Shown in pieces: positions 50,094 to 60,183 of a stretch of DNA of 64,000 nucleotides. The notes below the pieces were generated by a model that did no database searches, was not told the origin of the DNA, and saw only the letters and a list, made by a program, of their open reading frames with translations. Source of the DNA: Armatimonadota bacterium. Its GTDB lineage: Bacteria; Armatimonadota; Zipacnadia; UBA1398; JAKPQA01. The stretch's first letter is position 1. Every line of letters begins with the position of its first letter. The DNA lies in assembly GCA_029547025.1 (NCBI GenBank), contig JAKPQA010000101.1:8705-72704 (forward strand). Reading direction: 5' to 3'. The position numbers and the translations under genes are program-made.

Positions 50094-52199
50094 CTAGCCG
50101 CCTGACTGGGTCTGACGAAGAGCCCTGAGCCGAGCCAGCACGTCTTCGATATCCCGGATCAGCTTGTCGAGTTGCTCCGGGTCCTGAATATCCGTCGGTA
50201 CCGCGGGCACGGTGGTCGCAGACTCCTCCGGCGGTACCGGCTCCGTCACAGCTGGCGCAGGTGGTGCCTGCGCCGGCGTGGCTTCGGTCGGCGCGGTCAC
50301 CGGGGCCGCGGGAGCCGCCGCGGCGGCGGTGACGGGGGCAGGATCGCCCCAGACCTCCAGCTCCGAGAGTTCCACGAACCGGGGGGCGCCATGGTTGCTG
50401 AGGATCCGGAGTTTCACGTACTTGGCCGCGACCGGCGGGAACTCGATGGCCTGGTCTTCTGAGACCATCTTGAGCTGCGTTGAGGCCACCTTCGTGAATG
50501 ACTCTTCATTGGTATCGGTCGTCGAGACGAGGACTTCCACATCCTTGGGCATCCGGTCGCCGAACAGCTCGAGCATCCCCGGGCCGCACACGACGACTTT
50601 GGAGACCAGGTGCACTTCACCATTGGCGAATGATGCCACAAGGTCGTGCGGGTACTTGGGGCTGGCGGCGGAGGTCCACACCTCTTCGTCGGCGTCGACG
50701 CCGCGGATGCCGTTGTTGAGCCGCGCGTTGCTGAATTCCTCGTTGACGAAGGTGGACGCCATCACCGTCCCACCCGCCGATTGGGCCGCCAGGTTCTTCA
50801 CGGGGCCGGCATAGGTGACTGGGGCCGGCGGAGTCGTGGGCGTGGTCGCAGGTGTCGGAGCCACCACCGGCGTCGCGGGCACCGGCGCAGTCGGCTCGGT
50901 GCCGCCCCCCGTGGGCGCACTCACGGCCGCCTCACCTGCCGGTCCCGGTGTCGGTGCGATGGGCGTGGCCGGCTCTATGGTCGGCGTGGGTTCGGTCTCC
51001 GAACCCGGGTCCACGAAAGCCGGGGCGTCAGCGGGCGCGACTGCCAGTGACTCGGTTGGCGGCTGCGGGGCGGTGGGACTGGGCTGCGGGACCTCGGGAG
51101 CCACGGTGGTGACGGAGGGAGGCACTGGCGTGGTCGCCACCGGCGATGGTGGCGTGGTCCCGACCGGAGGTGTTGGCAACGCGGGGGTGACGGGGGGGAC
51201 GGCCCCTGGCGTTGGCGTGGCCACGGCAGGAGCGGCTCCCTCCGGGATCACCGGCCCAGGGGTGGGGGCAGTCACGGGTGCCGGGGCCGGGGCTGGCGCG
51301 GGGCCGAGGCCGCTGGCGCCCCCCGGGCCTGGGGCTACCGCGCCCGGCATCGCCGGTGTGCTGGGCACCGTGACCGGCGGGGGCGGCGCGATAGTGACGC
51401 CCGTGGGGGGCACTGGGCCAGCCACGGGAGCGTTCGGGTCCGGCGTGGTGCTGATGATGGGTCCCGTGCCTCCCGGAGCCGTCCCCGCGCCCGGCGGCGT
51501 GCTGGGCAGCGCAGGGCCCGCTTCGCCCCCGGTGACCCCGGTGGGCAGTGCCGGTGTGGGCGTCGCCGGGAGTGCTGGTGGCGCCGACGGTGGCGTGGCT
51601 ATCTCGCTAGCGGGCGTGGCCGTGGCCGCGGGGACCACTTCCGCCGCGGGACCGGTGCCCCTGGCGTACACCTCCACCTCAGCCAGCTCCACGTGTGGCG
51701 CGGTGGGGCTCTGGGCGCTGTCGATGCGTAGCTTGACGAACCGCGCGGGTGTGGCGGCGAAGGTGATGGCCTGGTCCGCTTCAGACTTGGCGAGTGTCGC
51801 CTGGGCCACCGGTGTGAACTCCTGTGGGGTGGAGCCGGTCGCCGAGACAAGCACAGTGATGTCCTTGGCCCAGAACTCGCTGTAGAGGAACGGGGGACCC
51901 GTATTGAGGCTAATGATGACCTTGTCAATCTCGACGGGTTGTCCGCCCGGGAGCTCGATGACGACCTCCTGCGGGACGGCGCCCCCCGTCAATGGGCTGG
52001 ACCAACTGGAGCCGATCTTGCGTCGCTGACCGTCAATCAGGTTCGCAGCAGCCCAGCTCTTGGCGTCCTCCTGGCTCGTCCAACTGAGAACCTTCCCGCC
52101 ATTAGCCGCAGCCGCCAAGTTCTGCGCCTTCAGGGGTTGCACAAACGCGATGCCGGCGCTGAGGGCTAGCGCGACTGGCGCGATGCCCCACCATCTCAT
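50094..52199 (-). CDS. Secreted protein with two F5/8-type C (discoidin) domains separated by a roughly 270-aa Pro/Thr/Ala-rich linker, and a C-terminal helix
   Basis: 701 aa. Signal peptide MRWWGIAPVALALSAGIAFVQPLKA. Discoidin-like blocks at about aa 30-190 and 470-610 (both end ...VELAEVEVY / VELSELEVWG). Low-complexity PTAPV linkers. C-terminal amphipathic helix LDKLIRDIEDVLARLRAL. Confidence 0.6.
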   Translation of the reverse strand: MRWWGIAPVALALSAGIAFVQPLKAQNLAAAANGGKVLSWTSQEDAKSWAAANLIDGQRRKIGSSWSSPLTGGAVPQEVVIELPGGQPVEIDKVIISLNTGPPFLYSEFWAKDITVLVSATGSTPQEFTPVAQATLAKSEADQAITFAATPARFVKLRIDSAQSPTAPHVELAEVEVYARGTGPAAEVVPAATATPASEIATPPSAPPALPATPTPALPTGVTGGEAGPALPSTPPGAGTAPGGTGPIISTTPDPNAPVAGPVPPTGVTIAPPPPVTVPSTPAMPGAVAPGPGGASGLGPAPAPAPAPVTAPTPGPVIPEGAAPAVATPTPGAVPPVTPALPTPPVGTTPPSPVATTPVPPSVTTVAPEVPQPSPTAPQPPTESLAVAPADAPAFVDPGSETEPTPTIEPATPIAPTPGPAGEAAVSAPTGGGTEPTAPVPATPVVAPTPATTPTTPPAPVTYAGPVKNLAAQSAGGTVMASTFVNEEFSNARLNNGIRGVDADEEVWTSAASPKYPHDLVASFANGEVHLVSKVVVCGPGMLELFGDRMPKDVEVLVSTTDTNEESFTKVASTQLKMVSEDQAIEFPPVAAKYVKLRILSNHGAPRFVELSELEVWGDPAPVTAAAAAPAAPVTAPTEATPAQAPPAPAVTEPVPPEESATTVPAVPTDIQDPEQLDKLIRDIEDVLARLRALRQTQSGG

Positions 52200-52512
52200 G
52201 GCTCATGACCTCCTATGCCCATCCTCGGACACACCATAACGGCCAGAGGTGCGCTGAACTCCAAACGAGGAGCGCGCCCACCCGGGTTCGCGCAGCCCCG
52301 AGGGGGTTAGACGGTTCGACCAGCGAGAAGGGTCCGGCGGGGGCGCCTCCCCCCGCCATCGTTTCGATCTATGCAACATTCGGCCAGCTTGTGACCCGTC
52401 CTCCAGATAGCATACTACACTGGCTCTCGAGCAGGGCCGGACCCATGGCGTGGGGAAGCGTTCTGCGTCTGAGCGTGTGCTTTGTGGCACGCGCGGAGAG
52501 GAGGCCAGGCTC

Positions 52513-53427
52513 ATGTGCCGGGGGCTCCAGGGTGTGAGCTGGGCTCTGATGCTGTGGGGAGTGGGTGCCACGATGGGAACCGCGTGGGCGAGTCTATCGG
52601 GTATCGTGCCCGAGGGCGCCGAGGTCGAGCGAATCGCGACGGGCTTCGAGTTCACGGAAGGCCCCGCATACGACCGTCATGGATTCCTCTACTTCAGTGA
52701 CATCCCGGCCAACCGCATCTACCGGATCGCTGAGGATGGCACCGTCTCGGTGTTCCAGGAGCCCAGCGGAAAGTCGAACGGCTTGGTGTTCGACAAGGAT
52801 GGGTCGCTCCTGGCCTGCCGCCACTGGGAGCGCGACGTGGCTCGCATTCTGCCGGATGGGACCCTGAAAGTGCTTGCCGACGCGTACCAGGGGAGGAAAC
52901 TCAACAGCCCGAACGACTGCGCGGTGGCCGCGGACGGTGCCGTCTACTTCACCGATCCCGGCTACGGACTTGAGGGTCGGCCATCCGAGCAGGATGCCGA
53001 GGCGGTCTATCGGCTCGCCCCCGACGGCACGGTTACTCGTGTGGTGAACGATATGACGAAGCCCAATGGCATCTTCGTGAGCCCTGACGGGAAGACGCTC
53101 TATGTCGCCGACTCCGAGGAGTGCATCATTCGCGCATACCCGCTCAACGCGGACGGGTCGGCAGGTCCGGGACGGACCTTCGCTGACATGAAGAGCGAGG
53201 CCGAGGGTGTGCCCGATGGCATGACGCTGGATGAGAAGGGCCACATCTACTGCACGGGCGGGGGAGGCATCTGGGTATTCACCCCCGATGGTGAGCATCT
53301 GGGCACCATCCCGGTGCCGGAGGTCCCCGCGAACTGCACCTTCGGAGGGCCCGGCAACACGACCCTGTACATCACCGCCAGGCACTCGGTCTACCGGATC
53401 GAGCTGCTGGTGCCGGGCCTTTGGTAG
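52513..53427 (+). CDS. SMP-30/gluconolactonase/LRE-family beta-propeller hydrolase
   Basis: 304 aa from MCRGLQG... (GAGAGGAGG RBS). Signal peptide. Six-bladed propeller motifs EGPAYDRHGFLYFSD, NSPNDCAVAADGAVYFTD, PNGIFVSPDGKTLYVAD. Confidence 0.8.
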   Translation: MCRGLQGVSWALMLWGVGATMGTAWASLSGIVPEGAEVERIATGFEFTEGPAYDRHGFLYFSDIPANRIYRIAEDGTVSVFQEPSGKSNGLVFDKDGSLLACRHWERDVARILPDGTLKVLADAYQGRKLNSPNDCAVAADGAVYFTDPGYGLEGRPSEQDAEAVYRLAPDGTVTRVVNDMTKPNGIFVSPDGKTLYVADSEECIIRAYPLNADGSAGPGRTFADMKSEAEGVPDGMTLDEKGHIYCTGGGGIWVFTPDGEHLGTIPVPEVPANCTFGGPGNTTLYITARHSVYRIELLVPGLW

Positions 53428-53460
53428 GCGGTGGTGCGGGGAGTGTGCGGACGGTCGGGC

Positions 53461-55104
53461 CTATTGGCGGTCTCCGGCTCCCACCGTGTCGATGGGGCCG
53501 GTGAACCCGGGTCCGCCGGCGGCGATGTAGCCGTGGCTGGCCCCGGAGGCGTCTGGGCTCACCCAGAAGGAGTATAGCTGGGCGTCACGCAGTGCGAACC
53601 GCAAGCGGACCGCTTGGCCGGCCAGAGAGGACAGGTCTGGTGTCCCTTGCCACTGAATCCGGGCCCGGGTGGAGTTGCTGCGGAGCGCGATGCACTTATC
53701 CCGCGAGAGGCCTTTGAGAACTCGGCCGCCCGGGTCCAGCACCTCGGCCCGAAGGGAGCCCTCGCTGGCGTCCGCGTTCACGAAAAGGTACTTCCCGGAG
53801 AACCTCACGGGCCGCGTCACGACATAGCCCTCACTCCCGGGCGGCGCGTCCATCGAGCAGAATCCATCCCGACGGAGCTTGGCCAGGCCGGTAGCACAGA
53901 CGCCCGACGCCGTGCTGCCGGGCACGCCGGCACGTCCACTGACGTAGAACCATAGCTCGTCGCCGACGACCAGACACCCACCGCCCGCGGATTGGACGTT
54001 GGCCCAGTTCCAGTCGCCATGGCGCTCCGATACCGGCAGGAAGGCGGAACGTACGGGGCGAGTCCAGTTGAACCCATCGCGGCTGAAGCCGAGGAGCACT
54101 TGGTTGGGCTTGGCCCGGTCCGGTGGCTGGCCATACCAGATGCTGAAGAAGCCGAGCATGAGACTCTCGTAGGCGACACAGTCGAGGTTGTAGAGCTCAG
54201 GGCGGGTGCCGACGTCGGGTCGAGGCGGATCAAGCCGGTCGGCGCCCACCCACCACGAGGGGCCATCGGCACCCCACTTGGCCCCTGCGATCAGGTCGGC
54301 GTGCTCGGCATACTGGCGGGTGCGGCCCGTGGCGCCGCCACTGCGGATGCTGTAGACCCATACGCCTCGGAATGGGTTGTAGAAGAGTGTCGAGCGATCG
54401 CCGGTGGGTTCGGTCTCGGTGACGGGATCGCCCCAGTGGATGCCGTCGGAGGAGACATAGAGGGTCATCCGGCCAGTCCGGGGGGGATCGAGCTCGTAGA
54501 GGGCCATCTTGAACCGGCGCGACGGGTCTTTCTCCTCCAGGTCGAGCCACACGGTGCCTGAGTCGCGTCTCGCGTTGTGGACGATGTTGGTGCCGGGCAC
54601 GACATCCAGGCTCGGTTTGCTCCAGTGCAGGCCATCCTCCGATGTGGCGTAGCAGGTGGCTTGGCAGTAGCCACCCAGGTACCACATCTTGTAGAGCCGG
54701 TCGGCCGGGTCGAACCATACGCCATCGCTGAACACCATGGCGCACGGGTGGCCCCCCTGGAACTCCCATGGCTTGTCGGGCGTCAACACGGGATTGTCCT
54801 CGATGTAGGTGGCCGCGTGGTAGGTGCGAGAGAGTGTTGTCTCCTCGATGAGGAAGTCGTCGACGAAGAGCTGGCGGCCCACATCGATCGGGATCACGGG
54901 AGGGGGGGTGGCCAGGTACGCAGGCACCGGCAGTGGTTCGTCTGTGAGGGGTGCCGGATGGGGCGGCCATTGGTCGGGAAGCACGATGCCGTTGTACAGT
55001 GCTCTCTCGTTGCCGGCACCCGACGACCGCGCCGCAGTCAGAAGTGCGAGGACGAACAGGGCCGTCAGAGGGCAGAGTCTCATGGGTGACACGTCCTTCC
55101 TCAC
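53461..55104 (-). CDS. Secreted five-bladed beta-propeller glycoside hydrolase (GH43/GH32/GH130-like fold). Family unassigned.
   Basis: 547 aa with a signal peptide. Propeller-like repeats (YKMWYLGG, ATSEDGLHWSKP, LYVSSDGIHWGDP). ATGA overlap with the upstream gene. Confidence 0.5.
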   Translation of the reverse strand: MRKDVSPMRLCPLTALFVLALLTAARSSGAGNERALYNGIVLPDQWPPHPAPLTDEPLPVPAYLATPPPVIPIDVGRQLFVDDFLIEETTLSRTYHAATYIEDNPVLTPDKPWEFQGGHPCAMVFSDGVWFDPADRLYKMWYLGGYCQATCYATSEDGLHWSKPSLDVVPGTNIVHNARRDSGTVWLDLEEKDPSRRFKMALYELDPPRTGRMTLYVSSDGIHWGDPVTETEPTGDRSTLFYNPFRGVWVYSIRSGGATGRTRQYAEHADLIAGAKWGADGPSWWVGADRLDPPRPDVGTRPELYNLDCVAYESLMLGFFSIWYGQPPDRAKPNQVLLGFSRDGFNWTRPVRSAFLPVSERHGDWNWANVQSAGGGCLVVGDELWFYVSGRAGVPGSTASGVCATGLAKLRRDGFCSMDAPPGSEGYVVTRPVRFSGKYLFVNADASEGSLRAEVLDPGGRVLKGLSRDKCIALRSNSTRARIQWQGTPDLSSLAGQAVRLRFALRDAQLYSFWVSPDASGASHGYIAAGGPGFTGPIDTVGAGDRQ

Positions 55105-57557
55105 GTTCCTCGGGCCGCGGCGGCGACCGCGTCCATCAGGGGCCCAAAGCCGGGATCGGCGGCGTACGGCTCGGCCTCGGTACGCGCCGCGTCGACGATG
55201 GCCTGCAGGTCATTCGCCGCGGCACCTGTCTGCCGAGCTTCGCGCAGAAGGACCATTGCATGCGAGGCCACGCCGATGAGCCTGCCGTAGTCCAAGAGGC
55301 GCTGGTACAGCGCGGCCGGGTCCGTGGCCGAGACCAACCGGGGTTCGTGAGGCAAGCGAAGGTCGACATGGCCGGCCTGCTCGAGGGCCGTGCGGAGCTG
55401 GGCGTCGTAGTCGGGCGTGCCCAGCACCACCGGTGGGCAGTCGGTTTCGGGACGGAAGTAGGCGTAGCGCCCGGGGTGCACATGGGCCTCGCACGCCTGA
55501 TAGAGCGCCACCATGGCGTCGGCATTCCGCTCACCGAATGTGGCCGCGCAGAACTCGTGCTCGATCTCGCTCAGACCGCGCTGGGGGTCCCACATCTTCT
55601 GAGCGGCTACGTAGGCCCCCAGGATCTGTGGCCAGCCATGGAAGCACAGGTCGGCCGTCGCCCCGCGGATCTGGCCACGCGCGCTGGCCGGCAGCGCCCG
55701 GTAGTAGCGGTCGACGACGCGCATGGCCAACGTCAGGTCAACGGCCATCTCGAAGTCACTCAGGTACCAGGTCCATAGGTCGACGGCGCGCCCCGAGGCC
55801 CGCACGCAATCGACCTTGTCGCGATCGTACCAGCGGTGCAGCGCGATGCCCAGCTCCTTGGGCGAGTAGGTCTCGTCCAGTAGTTGGGCGTTGGGATGTC
55901 CTCTCCAGAACCCGGCGTTGGCCCAGGTGCTGAGTACGGCGGTCACCTTCGGGTTCACCCGCCGGTACTCGGCCAGCAATGCCATGGCGATCTCCTGAGT
56001 GGTCTTGTAGGCATCGCACCCGTTGCGGTCGCAGCCTCCGGGGTCACCCACGTGTACGATGAGCTCATCAACCAGATCGCCGTATGTCTGGGCCAGGCGG
56101 CGGTACTCCGCAAGCATTCGGGATCGCTCATCGGGCGCGTTCCAGCACAGGTTCTGCCCCTCGACGAACAGGCTCTGGCCCCAGATGAACTGGCGGACCT
56201 TGAGGCCGTAGTCGCGGGCGGCTGAGCACAGGACGCGGATCTTCGGGGTGATGCTCCGGGTCAGTTCCTGGTCGCTGTACACGGCTCGGTAGCCCCGGAT
56301 CTCGGCGACCTCGATGCCGTTGTAGCCGCAGAGCCAAATCTGCTCTGCATAGCGTCGGAGGCGCTCGTCGGTCCAGTTCGTCCACAGCGTGTCCGCCCAA
56401 GGTCCGCCTTGGGCATCACGGCCCGTGGGTGCCACCGAGAGCAGGCGGACTGGGATGAAGGGTTCATACTCGCGCCGCCCGGAGCGCTGTGTGAATGAAC
56501 TCCCCTCGTCCCACAGCTCGGCCACCAGTCGTGCCATGCCCGCACGCACTCCGGCAACGTCTTTTGCCACGATGCCAAGCGTCGGGCGCCCATCACGGCG
56601 GCCGGCGGCCAGTGCGAACGCGTCGCCGCGGGCGTGTTCGAGGAACCCGGTCCGCACATCCAGTGATCGGGCCACCGGGCTGTCACGGGCGACCTCCAGC
56701 GCCCATACGGGGCCGTTGCGGTGCCGTGAGGCGCTCTGCCCGCATGGGAGGACAGAGAAGCCCCGCTGGACGAGAAAGCTTCGGCACCACTCCGCAACGG
56801 GTGCGAGCGCCGGCTCGCTCGACGACGTGACTACCGACACGGGGGGGCCACCCCGTTCGGCGACGACGATGGTTGGCGCCGGCTCCTCCGAATGCCTGGC
56901 CGACACCGGTTCGGGCCCGCCGGGGGGACGCCACTCCGGCTGCAGGGAAGGCAGGGCCGCTACTTGGCACAGGGATGCGTCGTCGAACTTCACGCGGCCA
57001 TGCCAGTGGTTGAAGCGGATGCTGGCCTTCAGTGTGAGCCGCAGACGCGTGGTCGCGGCGTCTGTTTGCAATGAAGTGGCCAATCGGACCCAGCGGTTCG
57101 TGGCGGGCCGGGGTCCGGCCGTCCGGTGGGTATGGATGATGCGGCCGTCGGCGCTGATCTCGTCGACGCGCAGGGAGGCGTGGTCGCGGGGCGAGTGGCC
57201 GAAGCCTTGGCCGTCTGCGTCGTACGTCTTCACCCACACGGCCGCGGAGTACAGTGCGCCGGCTGCCGCAGGCACCTCCTGCCACAGCCGGGCACCACCG
57301 CCTCTCCGCGCGGCAATGGTAACGGACTCCGCCCCGGAGGCCACATCGCAGGGCCAGTCGGGTCCGTAGGCGACGGGGCGCGACTCGGAACGGATGTAGA
57401 CGTCACCGGAAACGCGGGTCTGCCATCCGGGTACCGGGTTGTCGGCCCGGGCATCCTCGAAACCCGGGTTCGCCAGGAGGTTTGGTGGCAGTCTGTCGGA
57501 CGACGCGGCCTGCCAGAGGGTCACGATCAGCGCGACGGCGAGCATGTCGGTTGCCAT
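55101..57557 (-). CDS. Secreted CBM4/9-like domain protein fused to a large glycoside-hydrolase-like region (GH20-like/DUF4838-like). Tentative.
   Basis: 818 aa. N-terminal signal/TM. NPGFEDARADNPVPGWQT (CBM_4_9-type). Long alpha/beta region rich in Trp/acidic motifs. Confidence 0.45.
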   Translation of the reverse strand: MATDMLAVALIVTLWQAASSDRLPPNLLANPGFEDARADNPVPGWQTRVSGDVYIRSESRPVAYGPDWPCDVASGAESVTIAARRGGGARLWQEVPAAAGALYSAAVWVKTYDADGQGFGHSPRDHASLRVDEISADGRIIHTHRTAGPRPATNRWVRLATSLQTDAATTRLRLTLKASIRFNHWHGRVKFDDASLCQVAALPSLQPEWRPPGGPEPVSARHSEEPAPTIVVAERGGPPVSVVTSSSEPALAPVAEWCRSFLVQRGFSVLPCGQSASRHRNGPVWALEVARDSPVARSLDVRTGFLEHARGDAFALAAGRRDGRPTLGIVAKDVAGVRAGMARLVAELWDEGSSFTQRSGRREYEPFIPVRLLSVAPTGRDAQGGPWADTLWTNWTDERLRRYAEQIWLCGYNGIEVAEIRGYRAVYSDQELTRSITPKIRVLCSAARDYGLKVRQFIWGQSLFVEGQNLCWNAPDERSRMLAEYRRLAQTYGDLVDELIVHVGDPGGCDRNGCDAYKTTQEIAMALLAEYRRVNPKVTAVLSTWANAGFWRGHPNAQLLDETYSPKELGIALHRWYDRDKVDCVRASGRAVDLWTWYLSDFEMAVDLTLAMRVVDRYYRALPASARGQIRGATADLCFHGWPQILGAYVAAQKMWDPQRGLSEIEHEFCAATFGERNADAMVALYQACEAHVHPGRYAYFRPETDCPPVVLGTPDYDAQLRTALEQAGHVDLRLPHEPRLVSATDPAALYQRLLDYGRLIGVASHAMVLLREARQTGAAANDLQAIVDAARTEAEPYAADPGFGPLMDAVAAAARGT

Positions 57558-57694
57558 GTCATCCTGCTTCGCAGCTCGTTCTAGTCGACACCTTCACGCG
57601 GCGCCACGTTGTGCAGGCCGCCCGTGGTGGGGGGGCGAAGGCCGGAGTGTCCGCCATCGGGCACCAGCCCGCCGTCCGGAAGGGGGACTCGGGT

Positions 57695-59302
57695 TTGCCG
57701 AACTGGCTGAGCCAGCCACTGTGTCTGTGCCTGGCCGCGCTGGGCGCAGTTGTGGCGGGATTGGTTCTGTGCTCGCGGTGTGTTCAGCGGTCGCGGCCGG
57801 ACGAACTGCTGATCGTTGTGGGCCGGCGCGGCGGCTCCGGAGGCGGCCGTGGGTTCTCGGTCGTCCGGGGTGGCGTCGCTTTCGTATGGCCCATTCGCGA
57901 GAAGGCCTATCGCATGCCCGTTGGCCTGTTTGCGGTGGATGTCTCGACACCCACCTATCCGACGAAGCACGGGGTGCCGGTGGCGCTGCGCTGTGGTGCG
58001 TGGGCGCGGGTGGCGGTCGACGACGAGGTGCGCCTGGGCCTGGCCATCGAGATGCTGCTCGGCAAGACGGCCGCCGAGCGCGCCGCCATCGTCCGGAATG
58101 TGGTGCTCGGGCGCGTGCGCGCCGCCTGTGGTTCGATGAGCATTGAGGAGATTCACGCCCATCCCGATGGTGTCCGAGACTCCGTGACACCGCTGGTGGC
58201 CGCCGACCTGGCGGTGGTGGGGCTGGACCTGGTAGGTCTCTCGGTGGATGAGGTGATTGACCCGTCGGGGTACCTGCTCTCGGTCGCGAGGGTGAGTGCG
58301 GCCGAGGCTGAGCGGGACGCTGCGGTGGGCGAAGCTGGAGCGGAGGGGGCCGCCGTGGCGGCGGCGGCGCGGTCTCGCCGGGAGGCGGAGGTCTCGCGGA
58401 TCGAAGCCGAGCGGGCCATCATCCGCGCGCGCCACGATGGGGACATGGAGAAGCACGAGCTGGCCGGGCGTGTCGAGGGGGCCCGTGCGGTCCGTGACTC
58501 GAGCTACGATCTGGCTGATGCCAAGGCCCGGCAGGACATCGCGCGCGAACGGGTCGGTATCGACCTGGTGGAGCGCGAGGAGCGGATCCGGCTCGAGGAG
58601 CTCGAGATCCAACGCAAGGAGCGCGAGCTGGAGCACCGGGTGAGACAGCCGACGGCCGCCGAGCGCCAGCGCGTGGAGTCCCTGGCCGATGCCGAGGCGT
58701 ACCGGATCCGGGCCAAGGCGGGGGCTCGGGCCGACACCAGACGCCTGGACGGAGCGGCGGAGGCCGAGGCCATCGTGCAGCGAGGTGCGGCTGAGGCTGA
58801 GACGATCCGGCTCAGGGGGCTTGCGGAGGCCGATGCGCTTCGCGCGCGCGCTCAGGCGGAAGCGGACAGCCTCCGCATCCGCGCTCAGGCGCTGGAGGAG
58901 TGCGGCGCAGCACTGGTTCTGCAGGCAGTCCTCGACCGGCTGCCGGACCTCGTCGCGGCCCTTCGGTCACCGGGTTCGCACCCCGATCGCCCCGGCCTGG
59001 GGTCGGCGGAAGACCGTGAGGCCGCCCCGGAGCTAGCCGGGTCGCTCGCCCTGCTGCCCGGGCTTGCCTCAGGGGTCGAAACGCCGCAGGAGGTCCCACG
59101 TGAACTCGCGCCAGCCGGGGACGGAGAAGCAGGGCGCCGGGTAGATGGGGATCCACGCGCTGCCGGTACTGGCGCGGAGAAGGTGGGCGGACTGGGCCGG
59201 CATGGCCCCCTGCAAGATCAGGGCTCGCCGATTCCCATCGGCGTCGACCGCCAGGTCGACAATCATCATGGCGTGGCCCCGGGCGCCGGCGCCGGGGCGT
59301 GA
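57695..59302 (+). CDS. SPFH/band-7 (flotillin-like, YqiK-type) membrane protein with a long Ala/Glu/Arg-rich coiled-coil
   Basis: TTG start at 57695 (GGGGG 7 nt upstream), then a TM helix LSQPLCLCLAALGAVVAGLVL, an SPFH core (DEVRLGLAIEMLLGKTAAERAAIVRNVVLGRVRAACGSMSIEEI), then EA-repeat coiled coil. The last about 230 nt overlap the convergent DUF4846-like gene. Confidence 0.65.
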   Translation: MPNWLSQPLCLCLAALGAVVAGLVLCSRCVQRSRPDELLIVVGRRGGSGGGRGFSVVRGGVAFVWPIREKAYRMPVGLFAVDVSTPTYPTKHGVPVALRCGAWARVAVDDEVRLGLAIEMLLGKTAAERAAIVRNVVLGRVRAACGSMSIEEIHAHPDGVRDSVTPLVAADLAVVGLDLVGLSVDEVIDPSGYLLSVARVSAAEAERDAAVGEAGAEGAAVAAAARSRREAEVSRIEAERAIIRARHDGDMEKHELAGRVEGARAVRDSSYDLADAKARQDIARERVGIDLVEREERIRLEELEIQRKERELEHRVRQPTAAERQRVESLADAEAYRIRAKAGARADTRRLDGAAEAEAIVQRGAAEAETIRLRGLAEADALRARAQAEADSLRIRAQALEECGAALVLQAVLDRLPDLVAALRSPGSHPDRPGLGSAEDREAAPELAGSLALLPGLASGVETPQEVPRELAPAGDGEAGRRVDGDPRAAGTGAEKVGGLGRHGPLQDQGSPIPIGVDRQVDNHHGVAPGAGAGA

Positions 59303-60046
59303 GACGAAGTCGCCGATCCGGAGGTCCTCGGGCGTCGCAGGGATGCCATCGCCGCTCAGTGAGTCCGTGTTACACCAGTTGAAGACGGCGTCCAGAAACG
59401 CCTCGAAGGACTGGCGCGACTCGGATGGACCCGCCATCCTCACCATCCGCACCCGGCCGCCCACGGGCACCGGGCGCATGCCGCGCCGCCAGTCAGCCCA
59501 CGAGATCGTGCCTCCACCGGCCAGCGAGAAGGCCAGGCGATCGTCGTGCCCGGCCCAGCGCAAGTACTCGGCACGGAGCCGGAGTATCGTGTCGGCGCAT
59601 TCCTGGTTGCGCCGGACGTCCATGTCGACCACTCCGGGTGGGGCGGGTATGCCGGGCCACCCCAGCGGCCTGCCGTCGGCGCCTCGAATCGGCGAGTGGG
59701 CGGGCATGAGCGGGAGGAAGCGCAGCCACTCCGGCCACGACCCGGGCTCGACGGGCACTTCATGGAAGCCCGCGGGGATGCCGATTCGGCTCGCGATGGG
59801 CGTGTAGCTCCTGGTGTGACGGTGCCAGGCATAGTCGGCCGAGCGGCGCGGGTAGCCGTTCGGGAACGTGCGAGCCACCTCACGGGGCGCGACACCGGCC
59901 CACTGGAAGAACGCGCATGCGCCGACCGCCACAACTGCGGCGGCGAGGGCGATGCGCAATACCCGCCGGCCGGGGCCCGGTACGTTCGGATCGAGCGGCT
60001 GCGGACGTGCCTCGGCATCGGGCTTGCCCGGTTCCATGGGCGGCAT
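59069..60046 (-). CDS. DUF4846-like secreted protein
   Basis: 325 aa. N-terminal TM/signal. Conserved-looking QECADTILRLRAEYLRW and HAMMIVDLAVDADGNRRALILQGAMP blocks, recalled as typical of DUF4846. Not verified by search. Confidence 0.5.
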   Translation of the reverse strand: MPPMEPGKPDAEARPQPLDPNVPGPGRRVLRIALAAAVVAVGACAFFQWAGVAPREVARTFPNGYPRRSADYAWHRHTRSYTPIASRIGIPAGFHEVPVEPGSWPEWLRFLPLMPAHSPIRGADGRPLGWPGIPAPPGVVDMDVRRNQECADTILRLRAEYLRWAGHDDRLAFSLAGGGTISWADWRRGMRPVPVGGRVRMVRMAGPSESRQSFEAFLDAVFNWCNTDSLSGDGIPATPEDLRIGDFVSRPGAGARGHAMMIVDLAVDADGNRRALILQGAMPAQSAHLLRASTGSAWIPIYPAPCFSVPGWREFTWDLLRRFDP

Positions 60047-60183
60047 TGTGCGGGGCCGGTCTCCGATGGGTCAACAGCTCGCTGGCCGGAGGGACGGTGC
60101 CCCTCGGCAGCGAAAGGACGTGCCAGTCGCACCGCATTGCCCGGCACGGGCGGCGTGCGGGCGTGCGATTAGGGGGAGTCACC

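Noticed and set aside
50815-51885. 356-aa Gly/Ala/Val/Thr-rich plus-strand ORF
   Set aside because: It is antisense to the Pro/Thr/Ala linker of the dual-discoidin gene. It is a low-complexity mirror image of that linker.
57581-58636. 351-aa minus-strand ORF and the neighbouring 198-aa ORF
   Set aside because: They are antisense to the flotillin-like gene. They are Arg/Pro-rich with no domain features.
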